A DNA stretch of 32,895 nucleotides from Candidatus Roseilinea sp. GTDB taxonomy: Bacteria > Chloroflexota > Anaerolineae > J036 > Brachytrichaceae. Where the stretch lies: the NCBI GenBank assembly GCA_034434555.1, contig DAOTYZ010000169.1, positions 1 through 32,895 of the forward strand. Reading direction: 5' to 3'. The notes below the pieces were generated by a model. The model did no database searches. It was not told the DNA's origin and saw only the letters and a program-made list of their open reading frames with translations. Shown here in pieces: positions 27,517 through 32,895 of the stretch (positions are counted from its first letter, which is position 1; each line of letters begins with the position of its first letter). The translations under genes and the position numbers were made by a program.

Positions 27517-28752
27517 CTATGCAACTTGATCTAGCCAGGCTGGGTCGTTTGGGTCAAGCACAGGGAGCGTTGGCGCCTGGATCAGCTCGGCATTCTTGAA
27601 GGCGCTGCCGCAGTTGAACAGCACGGTCACATCGTCGGGCGAGAGGAAGCCGCTGGCGCGCAAGCGCTTGTAGGCCGAGAGGGTGGCGGCGCCCTCCGGC
27701 GAAGCGAATACGCCGGCCAAGCGCGCCATCTCGCGCATATCGCGCATGATCTCTGCGTCGCTGACAGCGACGGCAGTGCCCCCGCTGGCGCGCACGGCGT
27801 CGAGGATGAGGTAATCGCCGATTGCGACCGGCACGCGGATGCCGGGCGCGATGGTGTGGGCGTTTGGAAACAGCTCGGCATGGCGCTGGCCGGCTTGGTA
27901 AGCACGCACGATCGGCGCACATCCCTCGGCCTGAACCACGATCATCTTGGGTCGCTTGGGGCCGATCCAGCCCAGTTGTTCCAGCTCATGAAATGCCTTC
28001 CACATGCCGACCAAGCCTGTGCCACCACCGGTGGGATAGATGATCGCATCGGGGAGCGTCCAGCCGAAGTGCTCGGCCAACTCCAGGCCCATCGTCTTCT
28101 TGCCCTCTTGGCGATAAGGCTCGCGCAGCGTGGAGACATCAAACCAGCCTTTGCGTTTTGTGCCTTCGCGCACCATCCGCCCGGCGTCATTGATCAAGCC
28201 CCGCACCAGGTAAGCATGCGCGCCATATTGGTGGCTCTCCTTGCGCATCATCTCCGGCACATCCTGCGGCATGAATTGGTATATCCGCATGCCTGCGCGC
28301 GCGCCGTAGGCAGCGAGCGCGGCAGCGGCGTTGCCCGCTGACGGAATGGCCATCGAGGTGATCCCCAGCTCCTTCGCTTTAGAGACTGCGGCGGAGAGGC
28401 CGCGCGCCTTGAAGCTGCCGGTAGGGTTCAGCCCCTCGTCTTTGATCCACAGCTTGCCGCTGCCGAGCACCTCGCCCAGTCGGCCAGCGGGCAGCAGAGG
28501 GGTGTCGCCCTCGCCGAGCGTGATGATGTGGTCAGGATTGCGCACCGGCATGATCTCAAACCAGCGCCACATGCCGCGCGGCCGGCGCGCCAGCGCATCG
28601 CGGTCAAGCTGCGCCTTCGCTGCCTCTAGGTCGTAACGGGCAAACAGCACCTTGCCACACCGAGGACAGATGGTGTGTGGCTCCTCAGCAGAATATGTCT
28701 CACCACAGGCAGTACACTCTAAATATGAAAGATAGGAGCGCATAGATACCAT
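27517..28752 (-). CDS. Threonine-synthase-like PLP enzyme (fold type II) with N-terminal Zn ribbon
   Basis: CTAC..CPRC, LGEGDTP, NPTGSFKAR (PLP Lys), SAGNA, EGKKT, PTGGG; start could also be ATG 28743. Confidence 0.9.
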   Translation of the reverse strand: MVSMRSYLSYLECTACGETYSAEEPHTICPRCGKVLFARYDLEAAKAQLDRDALARRPRGMWRWFEIMPVRNPDHIITLGEGDTPLLPAGRLGEVLGSGKLWIKDEGLNPTGSFKARGLSAAVSKAKELGITSMAIPSAGNAAAALAAYGARAGMRIYQFMPQDVPEMMRKESHQYGAHAYLVRGLINDAGRMVREGTKRKGWFDVSTLREPYRQEGKKTMGLELAEHFGWTLPDAIIYPTGGGTGLVGMWKAFHELEQLGWIGPKRPKMIVVQAEGCAPIVRAYQAGQRHAELFPNAHTIAPGIRVPVAIGDYLILDAVRASGGTAVAVSDAEIMRDMREMARLAGVFASPEGAATLSAYKRLRASGFLSPDDVTVLFNCGSAFKNAELIQAPTLPVLDPNDPAWLDQVA

Positions 28753-28759
28753 TGTTTAT

Positions 28760-28865
28760 GCACTACGCAATACGGAATACGAAATACGGAATACGGAATA
28801 CGAAATACGAAATACGTATTGCGTATTCCGTAGTGCGTATTGCGTATTGCGTATTCCGTAGTGCG
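28760..28865. repeat. Heptamer (GNAATAC)n palindrome, solo copy 2
   Basis: GCACTAC plus 7 GNAATAC units, centre 28815/28816, then 7 GTA(T/G)TNC units; abuts the ALDH stop codon. Confidence 0.95.
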
Positions 28866-30299
28866 TTAGGCCAACCCGTTCAGGTTTAGCACCATCAGCT
28901 TTGGCTCGGTCATCTCCTCGATGGCGTACTTCACCCCTTCGCGGCCGATGCCGCTGGCCTTCACGCCACCGTAAGGCATGTGATCCACGCGGAAGGTAGA
29001 TACGTCGTTGACTTGCAGGCCGCCAACTTCAATTTGGTCGAATGCCTGCATGATGCGGCCCATGTCGCGCGTGAAGACGCCGCCCTGTAAGCCATAGTCA
29101 GTGCTGTTGGCCATGGCGATCGCTTCGTCAAAGGTGTCGTAGGGGCTGACCGTGAGCACAGGGGCGAAGACCTCTTGACAGCTCACCTTCATCTGCGGTT
29201 GCACGTCGGTGAGCACGGTGGGGTAAAGCAGCGCGCCTTGACGACCATTGCCCAGCAACTTGCGCGCGCCTTGCGCCAGTGCCTCCTGCACCCAAGCCTC
29301 GGCCTGCATGGCAGCGCGTTCGCTGATCATCGGGCCGACGTCGGTTTCCTCCAGGCGCGGATCACCCACCTTAAGGGCACTGATCTCATCGAGCAACAGC
29401 TCGACGGCCTGGTTGTACACAGGACGGTGGATCAGCACGCGCTGCACGGAGATGCAGTTCTGGCCGGCGTTGGTGAAGCCACCGAAGGCGATCCGCTTGG
29501 CGGCATAGCTCAGGTTGGCGTCTTCATGCACGATCACTGCGGCGTTGCCGCCCAGCTCCAGCGTCGCACGCTTGCGCCCGCATACCTGCTTCAGATGCCA
29601 GCCCACCTCGCTGCTGCCGGTGAACGAGAACATGGCGATGCGATCATCACGCACCAGCGCTTCGGCTTGATCGCCGCTACAGGTGAGGACGTTGACGGCC
29701 TCCGGCGGCGCACCGGCTTCCAAGAGCATCTCGCCGAGCAACAGCGCGCTGAGCGGGGTGGCGGTGGCCGGCTTGAGGATGAAGGCGTTGCCGGCAGCCA
29801 ACGCCGGCGCCACCTTGTGGCAGGCCAGGTTGAGCGGGTAATTGAACGGCGCGATGCAGAGGATGACGCCCAGCGGGAAGCGCTGCACCAAACCAATGCG
29901 GTTCTCGCCGTCCTTGGTCCAGTCCATGTTGACCAGCTCGCCAGGAATGCGCAACGCTTCCTCCGCAGCGACCAGCACGGTTTGCTTGGCGCGGGCCACC
30001 TCGCCGCGCGCGGCCTTCTTGGTCTTGCCGCCCTCCATCACCAACGCATTCACCAGCGCTTCGGTGCGCGCTTCCATCTGGGCGTGCAATTGGCGCAGGA
30101 TCGCTGAGCGCGCGTGAGCGGGCAGCCGGCGCATGATCTGCGCGCCACGCAGGGCGCTTTGCACGGCTGCTTCCAGGTCTTCATCCGTCGGGATACACAC
30201 TTCGGCGACCGGTTCACCGGTGTAGGGGAAGCGCAGCGTAAACGTTCGGTTGCTGATGCGCGTCTGACCGCCGATCAAAAAGGGTCGTGGGGTAGTCAT
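28866..30299 (-). CDS. NAD(P)-dependent aldehyde dehydrogenase; candidate 3-sulfolactaldehyde dehydrogenase (SlaB/SftD-like)
   Basis: PFNYPLN..CHK, FTGS, LELGGN, GQNCISVQR, EVFAP, RVDHMPYGGVK; AAGGAG RBS before ATG 30299; adjacent to the SqvA-like gene. Confidence 0.88.
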   Translation of the reverse strand: MTTPRPFLIGGQTRISNRTFTLRFPYTGEPVAEVCIPTDEDLEAAVQSALRGAQIMRRLPAHARSAILRQLHAQMEARTEALVNALVMEGGKTKKAARGEVARAKQTVLVAAEEALRIPGELVNMDWTKDGENRIGLVQRFPLGVILCIAPFNYPLNLACHKVAPALAAGNAFILKPATATPLSALLLGEMLLEAGAPPEAVNVLTCSGDQAEALVRDDRIAMFSFTGSSEVGWHLKQVCGRKRATLELGGNAAVIVHEDANLSYAAKRIAFGGFTNAGQNCISVQRVLIHRPVYNQAVELLLDEISALKVGDPRLEETDVGPMISERAAMQAEAWVQEALAQGARKLLGNGRQGALLYPTVLTDVQPQMKVSCQEVFAPVLTVSPYDTFDEAIAMANSTDYGLQGGVFTRDMGRIMQAFDQIEVGGLQVNDVSTFRVDHMPYGGVKASGIGREGVKYAIEEMTEPKLMVLNLNGLA

Positions 30300-30335
30300 C
30301 AGTTTGCTCCTTAAAGGTAGTTGAGGCTGCACACT

Positions 30336-30409
30336 GTGGAATACGGAATACGAAATACGGAATACGTAATACGTATTGCGTATTTCGTATTTCGTATTGC
30401 GTATTTCAC
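30336..30409. repeat. Heptamer (GNAATAC)n palindrome, solo copy 3
   Basis: 5+5 units around centre 30372/30373, closed by GTG/CAC. Confidence 0.95.
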
Positions 30410-30424
30410 GTTACGCAGCGCGTG

Positions 30425-31087
30425 TCACTCATACTGGCTCTTGTCCCAGAACGCCTGGAACTTGGTTAGCCCATCGCGGGTGTAGGGATGATCGAAAGCA
30501 TCTTTATAGACAGCTAACGCAGCGGTGACGATGTCCGCGCTGGCGACGGCGGCATCAGCGATCTGCCGACCGTTGCGCACGGCTGCCACCAACACCTGCG
30601 TGCTGAAGCCGTAGTTGTCGCGGATCGTCACGATCTCCTCGATCAGGCTCTGGGTTTCTTCGGCGTTGGCCTCCTTCCAGCCGACGAAGGGAGAGACGTA
30701 GTATGCGCCGGCGCGCATGGCGGCCAGCGCTTGCACCGCACTGAACACCAGCGTCACATTTACGCGAATCCCATCCTTAGCCAGGATAGGGATTGCCTTA
30801 AAGGCTGGCTCGATGCAATGCAGTTTGATGACAAAGTTGGGATGAAGCGCGGCGAGCTTGCGCCCTTCGCGCACAAACTCGTCAACGGTCTTATAGTGTG
30901 GGTTCACCTCAACCGAGACCGTCTTGTCGGTCCCCTCGACCAACTTGCCAATCTCGCGAATGACTTGGAGCATCGGCTTGCCGGTCGCCTGGATATGGCG
31001 CGGATTGGTCGTCACGCCATCAATATCCCATACGTCCAATGCGTAGGCGATCTCATCGATCATGGCGCTGTCCAGAAAGAACTTCAT
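30425..31087 (-). CDS. sqvA: Transaldolase family; candidate 6-deoxy-6-sulfo-D-fructose transaldolase (SqvA/SftT)
   Basis: FLDSA, GVTTNPRH (Arg30), VEVNPH, FVIK (Lys88), SPFVGWKE (Trp137), AAVRNG (Arg171); start re-called at ATG 31087. Confidence 0.8.
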   Translation of the reverse strand: MKFFLDSAMIDEIAYALDVWDIDGVTTNPRHIQATGKPMLQVIREIGKLVEGTDKTVSVEVNPHYKTVDEFVREGRKLAALHPNFVIKLHCIEPAFKAIPILAKDGIRVNVTLVFSAVQALAAMRAGAYYVSPFVGWKEANAEETQSLIEEIVTIRDNYGFSTQVLVAAVRNGRQIADAAVASADIVTAALAVYKDAFDHPYTRDGLTKFQAFWDKSQYE

Positions 31088-31128
31088 TGTTACCCTCGTC
31101 ACTAAATAAGCTTAAAACTTAAGACGTG

Positions 31129-31199
31129 CAATTACGAAACACGAAATACTTATTACGTATTCCGTATTGCATATTGCGTATTTCGTATTCCGTGCTGCG
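31129..31199. repeat. Heptamer array downstream of the four-helix-bundle gene
   Basis: 3 degenerate GNAATAC units, then 7 GTATTNC-type units ending GTGCTGCG. Confidence 0.9.
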
Positions 31200-31215
31200 C
31201 AATACACAATGTACA

Positions 31216-31689
31216 TTATCCACTATCTGGCATTGGTACATCGGCAAAGAGAGATGTATTGGCGTCGTAGATCTCTCTTGGTTCGCTGAGCGTTTTGCCG
31301 CGGTGAGAGGGGACGAGTTTAAGCAGTTGTCTGATGATGTGGACCAGCAGCTTTGTCCTGTGCGCAAAGACAGCGCTGCCGAGCACGTGGCGCGCTTTGT
31401 AATACCAATCTCTGGCCTCGCGCGCGGAGCCTAGCGCATACTCATAGAAGCGCGCTTGATCGCGTTCAGAGCCGCGGCTGTAGCCCTCTGCGATCGTGGC
31501 GCTGATCCCGCCGACAGCGTCGTAGAGCTGTGCGGCGAGCTTCGTGGTGCGGCTATCGGTGGTCAGCTTCGTCGCGTCGTGCCAAGCCAGTTCCCCGGCA
31601 AACAGCGCTTGGCGATAAACCGTCATCTGCCAGAGCGCGTCCGCGCTGATCTCACTTGGCACCGTCGAGGCCCATTCGTCAAAGTTCAT
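31216..31689 (-). CDS. Four-helix-bundle protein (23S rRNA-IVS / bAvd-like family)
   Basis: VYRQA, LAAQL..AVGGISATIAEGYSRGS..D.ARFY.YALGS..E motif; start re-called at ATG 31689 because the longer ORF call reads through the repeat. Confidence 0.88.
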   Translation of the reverse strand: MNFDEWASTVPSEISADALWQMTVYRQALFAGELAWHDATKLTTDSRTTKLAAQLYDAVGGISATIAEGYSRGSERDQARFYEYALGSAREARDWYYKARHVLGSAVFAHRTKLLVHIIRQLLKLVPSHRGKTLSEPREIYDANTSLFADVPMPDSG

Positions 31690-31694
31690 CACCA

Positions 31695-31737
31695 CGCAAC
31701 ACGGAATACGCAATACGAAATACGAAATACGAAATAC
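31695..31737. repeat. Heptamer array upstream of the four-helix-bundle gene
   Basis: C GCAACAC GGAATAC GCAATAC GAAATAC GAAATAC GAAATAC; inverted relative to 31157-31199. Confidence 0.92.
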
Positions 31738-31746
31738 TCAATCACC

Positions 31747-32634
31747 TCACCGCCCACCAAACCCCGTCAGCGCGATCCCCTGCACGAAGTAGCGCTGGGC
31801 AATGATGAAGAGGATCAACACAGGGAGGAGCATCATCGTGCTGGCAGCGAATACTAACTCCCAGTTGGCCACGTTAGAGTCGTTTAGCGCGCGAATGCCC
31901 AGCGCCATTGTCCAGTTGTCTAGCCGGTTAAGGAAGATCAACGGGGTAAGGAACTCGTTGTAGTGCTGGATCAAGGCAAAGACAGCGATCGTGGCGATCA
32001 CTGGCTTGCACAGCGGCAGGATGATGAGCCAGAGGATCTGCCAGCGGCTGGCGCCATCGATCATTGCGGCCTCGTCCAGCTCGCGCGGGATGCCGCGCAG
32101 GAACTGGTGCATCAGGAAGACGTAGAGTGTAGTTAGGGCAAACCAAAACGGCACTGTCAGCGGAGCGAAGGTGTCGATCCAGCGGAAGGTGCGGAACATG
32201 ATGAAACGCGGGATGAGCGTGACGATCTCCGGCAGCATGATCGTCGCCACCATGAGGCCGAAGATCACGCGCCGGCCAGGGAAGTTCAAGCGCGCCAATC
32301 CGTAGGCGACGACCGTGGTGGAAATCACCGTCCCGAGCACTGCCAGCGTCACCACCACAAAGGTGTTCCAGGCGAAGCGGGCAAACGGCAGCGTCTGGAA
32401 GACTTTCACGTAGTTGTTCCACTGAGGCGACTCAGGTATCCAAACGATTGGATGCTTGAAGATTTCTGTTGAAGCCTTAAGCGAAGAGGAGAGCATCCAG
32501 AAGGTGGGCGCGAGGAAGGTGATCAGGAACAGCGTTAACACGATCTGGAGCACAACCAGCCCGATGATTCGCCGCAGCCGGCTGCCCCGCCAGCGCGGCT
32601 GAGCTGGCAGAGGAGGAATCAGTTGCGCGTTCAT
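31747..32634 (-). CDS. Carbohydrate ABC transporter permease (MalG-like)
   Basis: SSLK, W.NY, AYGLARL.FPG, IPRELDEAAMIDGAS EAA motif, QRYFVQG. Confidence 0.95.
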   Translation of the reverse strand: MNAQLIPPLPAQPRWRGSRLRRIIGLVVLQIVLTLFLITFLAPTFWMLSSSLKASTEIFKHPIVWIPESPQWNNYVKVFQTLPFARFAWNTFVVVTLAVLGTVISTTVVAYGLARLNFPGRRVIFGLMVATIMLPEIVTLIPRFIMFRTFRWIDTFAPLTVPFWFALTTLYVFLMHQFLRGIPRELDEAAMIDGASRWQILWLIILPLCKPVIATIAVFALIQHYNEFLTPLIFLNRLDNWTMALGIRALNDSNVANWELVFAASTMMLLPVLILFIIAQRYFVQGIALTGFGGR

Positions 32635-32676
32635 GATTTCTCGCTTTGTGCCCTTTCAGTGACCAGCGGCAGCGCG

Positions 32677-32895
32677 TCAATCCGAGTAATACACCCACTT
32701 CTGACCGATGGTGAACTGCGCGATGGTGAACCCGATGACGATGACGAACAACTCCCACGACAGCGCTGCGGCATAGCCCATGTTGAAGAACTGAAAGCCC
32801 TCACGATAGATGTTTAGCACGGCGAACAAGGTGGCGTTCTGCGGGCCGCCGTCGGTCATGATCAAGGCTGGGATGAATGTCTGAAACGAATTGAT
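32677..32895 (-). CDS. Carbohydrate ABC transporter permease (MalF-like), 3' end only
   Basis: SFQTF...MTDGGP.NAT...IYREGF.FFNMGYAAALSW.LF...WVYY. Confidence 0.9.
   Translation of the reverse strand: MNSFQTFIPALIMTDGGPQNATLFAVLNIYREGFQFFNMGYAAALSWELFVIVIGFTIAQFTIGQKWVYYSD

Noticed and set aside
11195..30107. Long antisense ORFs (11195-12136, 12581-13486, 24685-25536, 26667-27395, 29175-30107)
   Set aside because: They fully overlap well-supported genes on the opposite strand, as expected at high GC3.
31119..31434. ORFs with RNTEY/YCVLRI-like repeats (also 6393-6689, 6568-6909 and the first 8 codons of 31216-31713)
   Set aside because: These are translations of the heptamer DNA repeats, not real proteins.
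31216..31689. Avd of a diversity-generating retroelement
   Set aside because: No reverse transcriptase and no TR/VR pair with A-specific mismatches seen in the window.
6603..31737. Heptamer arrays as a CRISPR array
   Set aside because: Units are 7 nt with no unique spacers, the arrays invert at the centre, and there are no cas genes.

Overview
GC-rich bacterial window. Gene style, leaderless promoters and the FHA/kinase cluster suggest Chloroflexota (Anaerolineae-like); this is inferred, not shown. From left to right: pstB plus the start of a probable exported phosphate-binding protein (- strand); yajC, trmD, a DUF92 protein, a GH13 neopullulanase-like enzyme, mgtE and a hypothetical gene; a candidate structured small RNA; rplU-rpmA-rpmE (Cys-free L31); a 10-gene minus-strand cluster (MaoC, CitE-like, a degenerate PP2C, a PP2C, three FHA proteins, two atypical Ser/Thr kinases and a membrane Zn-ribbon protein); a small Zn-ribbon ORF and a methyltransferase; udg-menA-menG; a Gfo/Idh/MocA oxidoreductase, fabI and an epimerase. 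The window ends with a minus-strand sugar ABC operon. Two candidate systems stand out. (1) The operon's transaldolase carries the sulfofructose-transaldolase (SqvA/SftT) signature and is followed by an SlaB-like aldehyde dehydrogenase, a threonine-synthase-like PLP enzyme and a sulfolactate-dehydrogenase-like enzyme. This suggests a sulfoquinovose (sulfo-TAL) pathway with a possibly new desulfonation arm. (2) A four-helix-bundle (23S-IVS/bAvd-like) gene sits inside the operon between inverted GNAATAC heptamer arms that could form a 43-bp mRNA stem enclosing the ORF, and solo palindromes of the same heptamer occur at three other intergenic sites. Several other families of palindromic, MITE-like repeats fill the intergenic regions.
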